Virus record (IMG/VR): IMGVR_UViG_3300044695_004869
Length of the DNA stretch: 64,000 nucleotides
Direction: 5' to 3' (one strand)
DNA from: a virus
Lineage: Duplodnaviria; Caudoviricetes
The position numbers and the translations under genes were made by a program. Numbering within the stretch: the first letter of the stretch is position 1; the number at the start of each line of letters is the position of its first letter. Positions 40,911 to 51,767 of this stretch are shown here, piece after piece. The notes under the pieces are model-generated. The model had not been told where the DNA came from, searched no databases, and worked only from the letters and a program-made list of their open reading frames with translations.

Positions 40911-40945
40911 AAACCCCCAGTTATTTTCATAAAAGGGGGTTTTTA
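40911..40945 (-). terminator. Intrinsic terminator candidate
   Basis: CCCCC/GGGGG hairpin with flanking A/T runs, between 40962 and terL. Confidence 0.55.
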
Positions 40946-40961
40946 GTTATTTTAATTGATT

Positions 40962-42326
40962 TTAGAGTCCTAATTGTGAAAGGATATCATCGTCTTCTTC
41001 TTCATCCTCTTCTTCACCATTATTGTATCTATCGTATTCTTTTTTTGCTTTTTGTAAGATTTCTTGAAATTTACGTCTTGCTTTGTCATTGTCAGAATTA
41101 TCGTCAGAAACAACATTTGCCATAATATCTCTTAAGAATTCTTCGGCTGGAATACTATAAAGGATTTTTGAAAAATAAGGTTTATATTTTCTACCTTCTT
41201 CGTCAACTGTAATTTCATCAGGTAAAAGAGTTCTTAATTTTCTTACCAACTCACCCCCAACTCTAAATTGCATAGGTTCATTTGAAAATACGTCGGTTTG
41301 ACCCATAACATCTTGAGCCATTGACGGATCCATATCCCTCCACTGCTCTCTTGATGGGATCATTTCAAATGTTTTACCTAATTCATGTAATAAAATTGGA
41401 AATATTAAACCGTTTCCGTAGAAAGTTTCAACACCATCATCTTCTTGATTTTCTTCTCCTCCACCTTCTTCTTCGTCGTCATCTTCTTCAGCTTGACCAG
41501 ATGATCCAGCTGCATTTCCACCCAACATTTCAATAAGTTGTTCGTCGGTAAAATACATTAAATCATTTGCCGACATTATTTTATTATAAATTGAATATAA
41601 TCTTGGGTCAATTTCATCTAACCTATCTTTATATGCTTGATATGCAAACTGAATTCGTTTACCCGTACCTTGAATTATTGCATTAATAACATTACGTTTT
41701 TCAATCTCAAGTTGTCTAATTTCATCCGGAGTTAATTCATCAACATCAAATGAAAAATTTGGAGGTAACTCCAATTTCTTTTTTTCTTTTTTTTCCATTT
41801 GGAATTTTGACGGGTCCACTTTTTGTTCACCTAAAAATGTAAGAAGGTTAAAAAAGTCATATTCATATATTGCACCACCTTCTTCACTTACTCTTTTAGT
41901 TATCAAACCTTGTTCTAACGCCTCTTCCATTGTAATATTGGGTGACATCCATCCAGATTCTTTAGACGCAATCTCTACCGCCAAATTTCTTAATGATTCC
42001 CTATGTGATGGTTCAATCATCATTGCCTGTCTAACAGAATTCATTTGTTCCATTTGAATGGCTCTTTTGACTGATGGGTCAGTCACATTTTCTTCGGTAC
42101 CGTAATATCTTTTTACGTAATCAACAATTTCTTTGAATCGTTTTCCCGTAATTCTTTCAACGTCACTTACCCCTTTTCTAAATGCCCTATTTTTTGCATA
42201 TAAACCTTCAGGATCCTCAATTTTTGCTTGAGACCTTGGGTCCATTCTTTCAGGGTAATCACCATAATCAACAGGTGCTTCCTTAACAATTTTTCTAATT
42301 AAATTTTCTAAATCTTTATTTCCCAT
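40962..42326 (-). CDS. Hypothetical acidic protein
   Basis: 454 aa; N-terminal LIRKIVKE; HELGK motif. Confidence 0.6.
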   Translation of the reverse strand: MGNKDLENLIRKIVKEAPVDYGDYPERMDPRSQAKIEDPEGLYAKNRAFRKGVSDVERITGKRFKEIVDYVKRYYGTEENVTDPSVKRAIQMEQMNSVRQAMMIEPSHRESLRNLAVEIASKESGWMSPNITMEEALEQGLITKRVSEEGGAIYEYDFFNLLTFLGEQKVDPSKFQMEKKEKKKLELPPNFSFDVDELTPDEIRQLEIEKRNVINAIIQGTGKRIQFAYQAYKDRLDEIDPRLYSIYNKIMSANDLMYFTDEQLIEMLGGNAAGSSGQAEEDDDEEEGGGEENQEDDGVETFYGNGLIFPILLHELGKTFEMIPSREQWRDMDPSMAQDVMGQTDVFSNEPMQFRVGGELVRKLRTLLPDEITVDEEGRKYKPYFSKILYSIPAEEFLRDIMANVVSDDNSDNDKARRKFQEILQKAKKEYDRYNNGEEEDEEEDDDILSQLGL

Positions 42327-42331
42327 CGTTA

Positions 42332-43450
42332 TTATAATGCTTGGTTAATTAATCCAATGAAATCTTTTTTCATATCTTCCTTACTTTTCTTTTGACCTCT
42401 TGGATCTTCCTTAACACCTGGGTTAGGATTTTTAAAAGGATTACCTCTTCTCTTAGGCGTCGTACCTGGTTTAGTAGGCGCATCCTTCTCTTTAGTTCTT
42501 TCTTTTTCTTTAGTTTCGTTTTCTTCCATTGTTCCCATAATTGGCATCATTTGACTTGGTTTTTTCATTCTTTTACTTTCAATTCCTGATTCGTCAGCAA
42601 ACATACTCATTTTTTTTGGGTTTCTCAAAATCATTGAGTTATTTTTTTCCATTTTTTCTGAAATTGTTTTTAGAATGTCAGCCTTTGTCATTTTAGGTTC
42701 AATTCGTTTTTCAATCATTTCAACAATACGATCTTCCAAAAGTTTCTCAAATTCTTCATTAGTTTTTTCTTTTTTCTTCTCAAACAATTTAGTAAAAAGT
42801 TCTTTGGCTCTTTTATTGTGAGTACTTCCATGTTTTGACATATCAGCATATCCCTTAATCTGATCTATTATTTTTTTGTCAGACCAATCTTCAATACCTG
42901 ATTCAATATCTTTTATTTTTGAATATTTAACAATAAAATTTTTAAACTCGCTCTTTAATTTAGAATCATTAATTTGATTGGGTATTTTTTTTCTAAATAA
43001 ATCATAAAAACCTTCAGAAACCTGATCTGGCATATTTTCATAATCTTTTTTAGTGGTTTTATCAGAAAACTCTCTCGCTAATTCACACCATTTCTTTTTC
43101 TTTACACCTTTACTTGTGTTACACTTTGCCCAAAAGAATCCTTGTTGTGCTTTTGATTCAAATTTCTCACTCATTTCACCGGTTTCTTTTAATGGGGTTA
43201 CAACAGTTTTACCTCCAGTTGTATCTACTTCAACACCATTAACCATAGTTTTAGAATTAGGGTTAACTTGGTATGATGGTGGTGCCGGTTTTGATACTAC
43301 TGTTGTGTTTTGAGGTATTGATTGTTCTTCAATAACATTCTTACTAAATCTATCAATTAATGACTTCATTTGTGAGTCATTTAATTTAGCAACAAAAGCG
43401 GATGATAGTCCGCTTTCTAATAACATTTGTATGTCTTTTTTAGTTCTCAT
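42332..43450 (-). CDS. Hypothetical protein
   Basis: 372 aa with many I/L-x-E motifs. Confidence 0.6.
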   Translation of the reverse strand: MRTKKDIQMLLESGLSSAFVAKLNDSQMKSLIDRFSKNVIEEQSIPQNTTVVSKPAPPSYQVNPNSKTMVNGVEVDTTGGKTVVTPLKETGEMSEKFESKAQQGFFWAKCNTSKGVKKKKWCELAREFSDKTTKKDYENMPDQVSEGFYDLFRKKIPNQINDSKLKSEFKNFIVKYSKIKDIESGIEDWSDKKIIDQIKGYADMSKHGSTHNKRAKELFTKLFEKKKEKTNEEFEKLLEDRIVEMIEKRIEPKMTKADILKTISEKMEKNNSMILRNPKKMSMFADESGIESKRMKKPSQMMPIMGTMEENETKEKERTKEKDAPTKPGTTPKRRGNPFKNPNPGVKEDPRGQKKSKEDMKKDFIGLINQAL

Positions 43451-43847
43451 ATACTACTTTTTTTTCAAACTCAAGAACAATGTCTCGTTCGTATAATTTA
43501 TCTTTTACTTCCTGTTCTGATTCACCGAACTTAAAAACAAGTCGTTTTATAACGGAAAAATCAAGTTCATCATTTTCTTTTTCCCAACCTAACGATAACA
43601 CACCATCCATTGAATCTAACATTGAGAACACATCCGAATCTTGAACTAAGTCCAACCCTATTTCTCCATTTGTCAATATACCTACTTTTTTAATATATTC
43701 AACATCTGGTGGGGTTGGGTATCCGTTTGCCGGTTTTGATTCCCAATTGTCTCCCCAAACTTCTAATGTGTCTGAGAAAATAAATTCATAAATGTTGTCT
43801 CCCTTATAATTGGGTCCCATTCCATTTATGTAAATTAATTTATTCAC
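43440..43847 (-). CDS. Hypothetical protein
   Basis: 135 aa, overlapping both neighbours. Confidence 0.6.
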   Translation of the reverse strand: MNKLIYINGMGPNYKGDNIYEFIFSDTLEVWGDNWESKPANGYPTPPDVEYIKKVGILTNGEIGLDLVQDSDVFSMLDSMDGVLSLGWEKENDELDFSVIKRLVFKFGESEQEVKDKLYERDIVLEFEKKVVYEN

Positions 43848-45214
43848 AGAATAGATCCGTTTGGTGTAATTTTAGTTTCGGTAATACCGTCTTTAAAAAT
43901 TAAATTCTTTTTGTTTGTGATACCAACTAAAGAAGAGTTTGGATTTTTCTCCATGAAGCTTAAAGCTGATCTTTCTTGTCTGATAGTTTCTGATAATCTT
44001 TTAACTTCTGATTTATCAAATTCTTTCATTTCACGTGACATCATTTTATTTTTTTCTTTTCTTAATTCATCTTCTTCATTGATATTAAAATATTTTGAAA
44101 TAATTTTATCAATTTTAGATTCACCAAATGTGCCGTGAGTTAAATGTGGGTAAGATCTTTGTTTTAATTTCGATCCATGTCTTGGATAGTCATTTTCAAA
44201 ATCAGATTCCATTGGATCGTATCCCATATTTAATTCTTTTTTCATACCTGAAGCGTATGCCGATGGAATTTTTTCATTAAGCGCGTCTTCTAAACTCATA
44301 ACTTCTTTCACCTCACCTCCTTCTGCCGGTGGGGGAGGTAACTCTTCACCACCCATTTCAGGTTCATCACCCATAGACAGTTCATCATCATCCATATTAG
44401 GTTCTTCACCCATTCCTTGTTCGTCCTCTTCAACACCTTCTAAACGATCAATAATCTCATCAATATCATCATCATTTAATGTTGTTAAATCCAATGCCGA
44501 TAAAATTGAATTAATAACGTATTTAACGTCATCTCCAATCATTTCTTCATCTTCATTGTTAAAGTTTCTAATTTTTTGTGCTAATTTACCTGTTAACTTT
44601 TGAATAACCTTCATTGTTACAGGTTCGTTGTCATCGTCTTCTTCTTCATCTCCACCCATTTCATCAAAATTAGGTTCATCCTCAGGTGCCGGTAATGCCT
44701 CAGGTTCCGGTAGATCTTCAGGTGCGGGAGCCGGTGAAGGTACTGCAGCGGGTGGTGCCGCAGCTGGTGCTGGTGCCGGAGCGGGTGCCGACTGTTCGTC
44801 AAGTTCAATGTCATTAGTCATCATCTCATTAGTTGGTTTTCTTTTGAGAATATATTTTTTATTTTCATTAAATAATGAGGTCCCTTCCTCATTCTCAAAT
44901 AAAGTATTAAATTCTTTAGCCATCAAATTCATTCTTTTGAATGCTTGAGAATAAGAAGAAAAATATTGTCTATTTTTCATAGGTGCAATATAATCGTTTT
45001 CAGATTCATTAATAGTTTTCTTTATAATATAACCCGCCTTTTCTTTAACGATTTGGTATCTATTACCATCGGCTAAATCAATAGAATATTCTGTGGATTT
45101 AGATTCGTTAACAGGATTTGGTGTGTTTTCGTTGTAACGAGAAATTTCAATAATTCGTCTAATTTTATCCATTCCCTGTAGTTTTTCACTACCAATTGGT
45201 CTTAAGTTTCCCAT
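43844..45214 (-). CDS. Acidic Pro/Ala-rich hypothetical protein (prohead core-like)
   Basis: PAPAPAAAPP linker, acidic tracts and NE/IE motifs; TATTTATA at 45246. Confidence 0.55.
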   Translation of the reverse strand: MGNLRPIGSEKLQGMDKIRRIIEISRYNENTPNPVNESKSTEYSIDLADGNRYQIVKEKAGYIIKKTINESENDYIAPMKNRQYFSSYSQAFKRMNLMAKEFNTLFENEEGTSLFNENKKYILKRKPTNEMMTNDIELDEQSAPAPAPAPAAAPPAAVPSPAPAPEDLPEPEALPAPEDEPNFDEMGGDEEEDDDNEPVTMKVIQKLTGKLAQKIRNFNNEDEEMIGDDVKYVINSILSALDLTTLNDDDIDEIIDRLEGVEEDEQGMGEEPNMDDDELSMGDEPEMGGEELPPPPAEGGEVKEVMSLEDALNEKIPSAYASGMKKELNMGYDPMESDFENDYPRHGSKLKQRSYPHLTHGTFGESKIDKIISKYFNINEEDELRKEKNKMMSREMKEFDKSEVKRLSETIRQERSALSFMEKNPNSSLVGITNKKNLIFKDGITETKITPNGSIL

Positions 45215-45288
45215 TTTTTTGTTTTTTTAAAAATATTATTTTAATTATAAATATATTAATACTTATGTTTATTTTTTGTTTTATTAAA

Positions 45289-46023
45289 TTATTGCTTCAT
45301 TGTAAGGTTTTTATCCAGTATTTCTGTAGATAAGTTGTGTAATTTTTCAATATAACCATTACGTCTTAAAATCTTAAACACTAAATTTTCAGTTGAGTAC
45401 TCCCCGTCTTTTTCTAAACCACAGGTTCTATACTTTTTAAGTTTTTTCTTATATTTATCAACCAATTCTTTTGCGGTGTCCAAATCCTCATCTTCAATAT
45501 TTTCAATAACACCGTCAATTATATTCATCCATTGTCTGGACTTTTCTTTTAATAGATCCTTATCAACAACAAATTCTTCTTTTTCGGGTTCATTAGACCA
45601 TTCATCAAAAAGTACTGAATATACACCACTACTGAAATGAGTTTCAACTTCATTTTGAACATATAACTCAACCTCATACCCAAAGATAGTTATGTCGTGA
45701 TTTTTGTTAAAAATTATTTTTTTTAAATTAAATAACTTCTCATATAATTCTATTTGATTTTCAGGATACTGTGAGAAATTAGCAACAATGTGTAAATCAA
45801 AATCAGAATATTTTGACCAATTGTAATTTGATAATGATCCTGTTAATATTATATCAGTAACAACAATATCAATATCTAAAAAATCTATAAATTCATATGC
45901 AATCTCTAATAACCTTTCTCTAACTTCAGGTTTCATAGTTGCATCACTACCACTTAAATCCCACACTTTAGAATTTAATTCTTTCTTTGGTTCAAAACTT
46001 TTTAAAATTTCATTGTTATCCAT
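45289..46023 (-). CDS. Pol-beta-superfamily nucleotidyltransferase
   Basis: LTGSLSNYNWSKYSDFDLHI (GS...DxD) and ELYVQ motifs. Confidence 0.8.
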   Translation of the reverse strand: MDNNEILKSFEPKKELNSKVWDLSGSDATMKPEVRERLLEIAYEFIDFLDIDIVVTDIILTGSLSNYNWSKYSDFDLHIVANFSQYPENQIELYEKLFNLKKIIFNKNHDITIFGYEVELYVQNEVETHFSSGVYSVLFDEWSNEPEKEEFVVDKDLLKEKSRQWMNIIDGVIENIEDEDLDTAKELVDKYKKKLKKYRTCGLEKDGEYSTENLVFKILRRNGYIEKLHNLSTEILDKNLTMKQ

Positions 46024-46049
46024 TACCTATAAATATAATGGTTTTCAAA

Positions 46050-46295
46050 TTACGACAATTTTGCGAATTTAAACGTCTTTGATATTTCTTTACTGAAAAA
46101 ACTACCCTGAGATTTGGCGGATCTAAATTGAGTATATGTAAGGTGAGGCACATCATCATATTCATACTTCAAACCATGTTTAAACTCAACAATCATCTTT
46201 TTAGTTGCGGTATCGTATTCTGTTCTTACGATATTACTTGACTCAATCTCATTTAAGATTTTTGTCCCTCTGATTTCTTCTTTAATAATTCCCAT
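46050..46295 (-). CDS. KTSC-domain protein
   Basis: SSNI...YD......VEF..G..YEY.DVP...Y..F..A.S.GSFF...I; start moved to ATG 46295. Confidence 0.85.
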   Translation of the reverse strand: MGIIKEEIRGTKILNEIESSNIVRTEYDTATKKMIVEFKHGLKYEYDDVPHLTYTQFRSAKSQGSFFSKEISKTFKFAKLS

Positions 46296-46389
46296 AATCT
46301 TTTCTTTTAAATATATTTTCAAAAAAATAAAAATACAGGTTATATACTTTATTAAAAAAAAATACTACCTTTACAAAAAAATATAACTT

Positions 46390-48453
46390 ATGATTGAATT
46401 TCAAGACGAAAACGAAAAAGGAAAAAAGAAACCAGAAAGTAGTGGGGGAACTCCTGTTTTGGATAACTTTAGTAAGGATTTAATTAAAATGGCAGAAGAA
46501 GGGAAATTAGATCCCGTAATCGGTCGTGAGAAAGAAATCCTACGAATTGCTCAAGTTTTATCAAGACGTAAAAAGAACAACCCTATTATTATTGGTGAAC
46601 CAGGAGCTGGTAAAACAGCTATTGTTGAGGGATTAGCAATGATGATCTATAACGGGGATTGTCCTAAAAATTTGGTTGATAAACGAATTGTATCTTTGGA
46701 TATTAATTCAATTGTTGCAGGTACCAAATATCGTGGTCAATTTGAAGAACGTATGAAAGTTATTATTGAAGAGTTACAAGCAAACCCAAATATTGTTATC
46801 TTTATTGATGAGATTCACACAATGGTTGGGGCCGGTAATAGTTCAGGATCTTTAGATGCTTCTAATATCTTCAAACCGGCGTTATCTCGTGGAGAAATTC
46901 AATGTGTCGGAGCAACAACTTTGGATGAATACCGAAGACATTTTGAAAAAGACGGAGCATTAGAGAGACGTTTCCAAAAAGTGATTGTAGATCCTTCTAC
47001 CAAAGAGGAAACATTTGAAATCCTTAAACAAAGTAAATCTAAGTATGAGGAACATCACAAAGTTAATTATACTGACGAGGCTCTTTTGGTTTGTGTTGAA
47101 CTAGCTGATCGTTATATTACGGATCGTGAATTCCCTGACAAAGCATTTGATATTTTGGATGAGGTTGGCGCAAGAATGCAAATTGACATCAAGTTACCTG
47201 AAGTAATTGAGAAACTTAAAGTTGAAGCTCAAGACATTAAGAAAGAAAAACTTGAGGTAATTAAAAAACAAAATTACGAGCAAGCGGCTGAGTTACGCGA
47301 TAAAGAACGTACCGTATTGGCTAACCTTGAGATGGAGAAGAAAAAATTTGAAGAGTATCTTAGAGTTAGTAAACGTAGTATTCCTGAAGAATTGATTTAT
47401 GAAGTTGTTTCAAACATGACCAAAATTCCGGTTTCAAAATTAAACTTGGATGAGAAGAATACGTTGGTTAATTTGGAATCATCATTATCATCTACAGTAA
47501 TTGGTCAGGAAGAAGCGGTTATGAAAATCTCCAAATCTATCCGTAGAAATCGTGTAGGTATTAAGGACCCAAATCGTCCAATCGGATCGTTCATTTTCTT
47601 AGGATCAACAGGTGTTGGTAAAACATTCTTGGCTAAACAATTGGCGAAAGAAATCTTTGGTAACGAAGAAAACTTAATCCGTGTTGATATGTCTGAATAC
47701 CAAGAGAAACACACGATCTCAAGATTAATTGGTTCTCCTCCAGGATATGTGGGTCACGAAGAAGGTGGACAACTTACCGAACAAGTGAAAAACAAACCTT
47801 ACTCTGTTATCTTGTTTGATGAGATTGAGAAAGCAAACAAAGACATTTTCTCAACACTATTACAGATGTTGGATGATGGTCACTTAACTGATGGTTTAGG
47901 TAGAAAAATTAACTTCAAAAATTGTCTAATCATTATGACATCTAACATTGGAGTTAAAAAACTACAGGACTTCGGTGCTGGTGTTGGTTTCAAAAGCAAT
48001 AGTGATATTGTTAAAGAAGAACACAAACGAGATATCCTCAAAAAAGAATTAGGTAAGTTTTTCGCACCTGAATTCCTTAATCGTATTGATGATGTTATTA
48101 TCTTCAATTCTTTGAAAAAAGAGAACATTGATAAAATTGTTAAGTTGGAGATTGATCGTTTAATGAAACGATTGACCAAAATGAAATACAACTTTACTTA
48201 CGAACCAACGGTTATTGACTTGATCTCTAAAGTTGGGTTTGATGAAACGTTTGGAGCTCGCCCACTAAAAAGAGCACTACAAGATAAAGTTGAGGATCTA
48301 ATCTCAGAAAAAATACTTCTTAATGAGGTTGTTGAGGGAACTGAATATATGTTATTAGTAAAAGACGGTGAGGAGATAGTAATTGAAACCCGTACGGTTC
48401 AAGAACCAAAGAAACGTGGTAGAAAGAAGAAAGAGGATCAACCCTCAATCTAA
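46390..48453 (+). CDS. clpC: ClpC/ClpA-family AAA+ unfoldase lacking the N-terminal Clp_N domain
   Basis: Two Walker sets ([12 protein letters not shown]; [15 protein letters not shown]), UVR-like M-domain [15 protein letters not shown]; the protein starts just before D1. Confidence 0.85.
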   Translation: MIEFQDENEKGKKKPESSGGTPVLDNFSKDLIKMAEEGKLDPVIGREKEILRIAQVLSRRKKNNPIIIGEPGAGKTAIVEGLAMMIYNGDCPKNLVDKRIVSLDINSIVAGTKYRGQFEERMKVIIEELQANPNIVIFIDEIHTMVGAGNSSGSLDASNIFKPALSRGEIQCVGATTLDEYRRHFEKDGALERRFQKVIVDPSTKEETFEILKQSKSKYEEHHKVNYTDEALLVCVELADRYITDREFPDKAFDILDEVGARMQIDIKLPEVIEKLKVEAQDIKKEKLEVIKKQNYEQAAELRDKERTVLANLEMEKKKFEEYLRVSKRSIPEELIYEVVSNMTKIPVSKLNLDEKNTLVNLESSLSSTVIGQEEAVMKISKSIRRNRVGIKDPNRPIGSFIFLGSTGVGKTFLAKQLAKEIFGNEENLIRVDMSEYQEKHTISRLIGSPPGYVGHEEGGQLTEQVKNKPYSVILFDEIEKANKDIFSTLLQMLDDGHLTDGLGRKINFKNCLIIMTSNIGVKKLQDFGAGVGFKSNSDIVKEEHKRDILKKELGKFFAPEFLNRIDDVIIFNSLKKENIDKIVKLEIDRLMKRLTKMKYNFTYEPTVIDLISKVGFDETFGARPLKRALQDKVEDLISEKILLNEVVEGTEYMLLVKDGEEIVIETRTVQEPKKRGRKKKEDQPSI

Positions 48454-48456
48454 AAT

Positions 48457-48520
48457 AAAAAGGAAGAGAAATCTTCCTTTTTTTATGCCCAATAAAAAAG
48501 GGGGATTAAAAATCCCCCCT
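48457..48520. terminator. Pair of terminator hairpins between converging genes
   Basis: AAGGAAGA-gaaa-TCTTCCTTTTTTT and GGGGGATT-aaa-AATCCCCC. Confidence 0.75.
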
Positions 48521-48543
48521 AAAAACAAATAGAAAATTAAACA

Positions 48544-49329
48544 TTAATGTTTAGTATAACCAAGACCCTCTATCATTAGTTTACCAACCTTAATTCCATT
48601 ATATGTATCCTCAACCACAACGTATTCATTTGCGGTGTGATAACGATAATACCCTATTGATATATTAAAACATGGGATATTAAATAACTGATTAACCATA
48701 TAAATGTCTGTATATGGATGTTTGTGATACTTTGTGTCTGATGGAAAATGTTCGGTAATTAAACGACCCCCAACATTAAAGAATTCACTATCACGATCAA
48801 ACATTTGTCTATTCATAAGGAACTCTGAAATCATGTTGTTCTCAGGGGCATCAAATTGGATACCATACCCTACATTCTTAAAAAACTCAGGATCTGCCTT
48901 TCTTGACCCATGACAACCTGTTTCTTCAGATACGAAAAATGCTGCCTTCAGGTTTGGTAATTCTTTTAACAATTCCAAACAACCGTACACACCACATTTA
49001 TCATCTCCACCAATACCTGTTGGGTCTCCTTCGTCATTATACGCTTTAAGAGATAATTTGATCTCTCCCTGAGCATTAGGTAACATTTCCTCAACAACGT
49101 TAATTGTGTCGATCGTATGTACCGTATCGGTGTGAGCAATTACACACGGGAAGTATTCAATATCTTCATCGGTTTGTTTAGTTGCGTAGATGTTATACAT
49201 CTCATCAACATAAAACGGAATATTGTTTTCGGTTAACCAATCAGCAATAAATTGGATCATCAAATCCTCTTTATATGTCTTTGTTGGTACGGACAATACT
49301 TCTTTTAGTAATTCATAGTTTCTTTCCAT
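48544..49329 (-). CDS. M20/M28-family zinc peptidase
   Basis: AHTDTVH, GGDDKCG and EETGCHGS metal-ligand motifs. Confidence 0.75.
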   Translation of the reverse strand: MERNYELLKEVLSVPTKTYKEDLMIQFIADWLTENNIPFYVDEMYNIYATKQTDEDIEYFPCVIAHTDTVHTIDTINVVEEMLPNAQGEIKLSLKAYNDEGDPTGIGGDDKCGVYGCLELLKELPNLKAAFFVSEETGCHGSRKADPEFFKNVGYGIQFDAPENNMISEFLMNRQMFDRDSEFFNVGGRLITEHFPSDTKYHKHPYTDIYMVNQLFNIPCFNISIGYYRYHTANEYVVVEDTYNGIKVGKLMIEGLGYTKH

Positions 49330-49347
49330 AGCACAAATGTACGGAAA

Positions 49348-50745
49348 TTATTTTAATATACCAACTATTCTTTTGATTTGTTCAAATAATTCGTATTGGG
49401 TTTCAATTCTTTTTAGATCTTCAAAATCTACAGACCTTTTTTGTTCCCGTTCATCACTCATGTTATTTCTAAAAGTAACAATGATCTTATTTGTTCCAGG
49501 ATCAATTTTATTTATTTTGAAAAATGTGTTCTCATCTGTTTTAACTGGTATCCATTTATCAAAACCATATTCTTGATCAATCTTTTGTTGTAATTCTATG
49601 AATTCATAAAAATTAACAAATCTTTCATCTTCTTCGTATTTCTCAATAATTTTATCTAATTTATCGGAAACATAAGTTTGATAAGCCTCATATCCCTCAT
49701 TATTCCAATCAGGACAATCACCATTATATCTTAGTTCACCCCAATTACCTCTATAGTTATTTCCATCAAATTTATCAATTAATCCTTTTAATAGACCACC
49801 AAGATCAACGTCTTCAGATTTTAGTTGTTTATACCACGTTAAAAGGACCCCTACGGTTGACTCATATTTATATGCTAATGATTTTTGTTTAATACCAAAT
49901 TTAACAAATGGATTATCAAGTTCAGATCTTATTTCATCCCTTGCATTATTGTATATACAGTTTTCCCATTCTGACGCATATTCATCCACAACCCTATCAA
50001 CGAAATCGGAGTCAATTTCAATTGCCAATTCTGATATTTTTTTTGTGTCAGTAATGTCAGTAGAAGGAAAAAATGTTCTAACGATATTAATCAATTTTTC
50101 TTTATTCTGATCATTAAACGCATACTGGAAAAAATCACCTTCACTCCAATCTTCAGTATATCTATAATCGTCATAATCAACGTTTGAATAGTCAGACATA
50201 TAATATCTCCATTCATAGATATCATCACCGTCAAGATCAAAAATATTTAAAAAATCTTCATCATCATTAAACTCAATAACAACAATTGAATTATTTGGGT
50301 TACTACGATTAAATTTGATTTCACCTATGATCTTATCTCCACCATTTTCACTCCATCTTGGTTCATACCCATTATAAACACTTTTTAAGAATTCATATGT
50401 TTCACCAAATCTTATTATTGGGTTTAAAACTTTAACCGATTTAGGGAAGTATTTTTTTAGATCGTCAGCATTTGCAAATCCATTTCTATCGTACCCATAT
50501 CTTACAACACTTGCATCCTGATTATCTCTATTATGAATAGAGAATACTTGAACATCAGGATCAGTACTAATTAAAAAATACAAATCACCGTCTCTGAAAT
50601 TATCATCCCAACTTTGACTATATAAATCCCCACCAAAATAAAATGCAGCATCTTTAGATAATACCTTTACTATCTTTAAATTTTCGTCTTCACTAACAAT
50701 TTCTACGTCACCAGATTCGTATGGATTATATTTCCCGTAATTCAT
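49348..50745 (-). CDS. Hypothetical acidic protein
   Basis: Start moved to ATG 50745, after TATTTATT; the longer track start would overlap the tmRNA. Confidence 0.6.
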   Translation of the reverse strand: MNYGKYNPYESGDVEIVSEDENLKIVKVLSKDAAFYFGGDLYSQSWDDNFRDGDLYFLISTDPDVQVFSIHNRDNQDASVVRYGYDRNGFANADDLKKYFPKSVKVLNPIIRFGETYEFLKSVYNGYEPRWSENGGDKIIGEIKFNRSNPNNSIVVIEFNDDEDFLNIFDLDGDDIYEWRYYMSDYSNVDYDDYRYTEDWSEGDFFQYAFNDQNKEKLINIVRTFFPSTDITDTKKISELAIEIDSDFVDRVVDEYASEWENCIYNNARDEIRSELDNPFVKFGIKQKSLAYKYESTVGVLLTWYKQLKSEDVDLGGLLKGLIDKFDGNNYRGNWGELRYNGDCPDWNNEGYEAYQTYVSDKLDKIIEKYEEDERFVNFYEFIELQQKIDQEYGFDKWIPVKTDENTFFKINKIDPGTNKIIVTFRNNMSDEREQKRSVDFEDLKRIETQYELFEQIKRIVGILK

Positions 50746-50824
50746 ATAAAATAAATATCCTAAATGCTTGGAATATTGTTTTTTTGTATTATCTTTGTAT
50801 TTATAAATTAGTTCTTTAACATAT

Positions 50825-51222
50825 GGGGGTAACTTGGAATCGACTGACATAGTTGGTTATTCGGGGCACGCAGTGAGAGGGTTCCTATCACTTTAATCTA
50901 TGGAGTCAACAATTAGACGGCAACGTTCTAGACAAAATGGCGGCAATCGGTCTTATCCGTGAAGACGCTGCGGTAGTAGCCTAACAGTTAGGAAACACCA
51001 ATCGGGTCGGTGGACATACAACCTAGGAACAGAAGTCCCTACAAAGATGTGGTTTCTATCGTAAAAGGAATAAGTGGAGGATTAGTTCTCAGTAAAACGA
51101 ACCACTTTAAAAATAAGGGAATTGTGAGATTTCGGAACATTAGATTAAATGTTGACCTAAGCGTGTAGTCCTTAGTAGTCAAGATGGACAACACGAGGGT
51201 TCGAATCCCTCTACCTCCACCA
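50825..51222 (+). ncRNA. ssrA: tmRNA
   Basis: 5' GGGGGTA pairs with 3' TACCTCC-ACCA including G3-U; 5' TCGAC motif; T-arm GAGGG-TTCGAAT-CCCTC; tag ORF at 50919-50984; convergent with smpB. Confidence 0.93.
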
Positions 51223-51225
51223 ATT

Positions 51226-51253
51226 AAACCTCATCTAACGATGGGGTTTTTTT
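51226..51253 (+). terminator. Terminator after tmRNA
   Basis: AAACCTCATC-taac-GATGGGGTTTTTTT. Confidence 0.8.
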
Positions 51254-51317
51254 ATGCGGTAAAATTATAGATTAGTGTTGTATGATTATTATATTTTAGA
51301 GCACAAAAAAAGAGGTA

Positions 51318-51752
51318 TTAATTACCTCTTTTAATATCACGATCAATATCTCTTAATTTGATCGATTGTCGTTTATCGTAAAGTTTCTTACCACGAGCCA
51401 GAGCGATCTCAATTTTGATTAGATCCCTATCATTAAGGAATAAACGATAAGGAATTATTGTTAAACCATTTATTAACTGATTTTCCAAATTACGTAACTC
51501 TCTATTCTTAAGTAAGAGTTTACGATCTCTTATTGTTTCATGTGTTGACCCATATCCATAATCAGTTATATTCATACCTTTGATGTATAGCTCCCCATTG
51601 TTAAAATAACAATACCCTTCAGAGATGGACGCTTTACCCATTCGGATCGCTTTCACTTCTGACCCCAAAAGTTTTATACCGGCAATTTCTACCTGAATAA
51701 ACTCATATTCAAATTTAGCCTTCTTGTTGATTATGTTTACAGATTTTTTCAT
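51318..51752 (-). CDS. smpB: SsrA-binding protein SmpB
   Basis: NKKAKFEY, AGIKL.GSEVK.IR, RKLLL, LTIIP..L and GKKLYDKR motifs; start moved to ATG 51752. Confidence 0.95.
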   Translation of the reverse strand: MKKSVNIINKKAKFEYEFIQVEIAGIKLLGSEVKAIRMGKASISEGYCYFNNGELYIKGMNITDYGYGSTHETIRDRKLLLKNRELRNLENQLINGLTIIPYRLFLNDRDLIKIEIALARGKKLYDKRQSIKLRDIDRDIKRGN

Positions 51753-51767
51753 GATACAAATATAAAC

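Noticed and set aside
50746-50850. N-terminal extension of ORF 49348-50850 overlapping the tmRNA 5' end
   Set aside because: ATG 50745 has the late motif just upstream, so the extension is probably an ORF-caller artefact.
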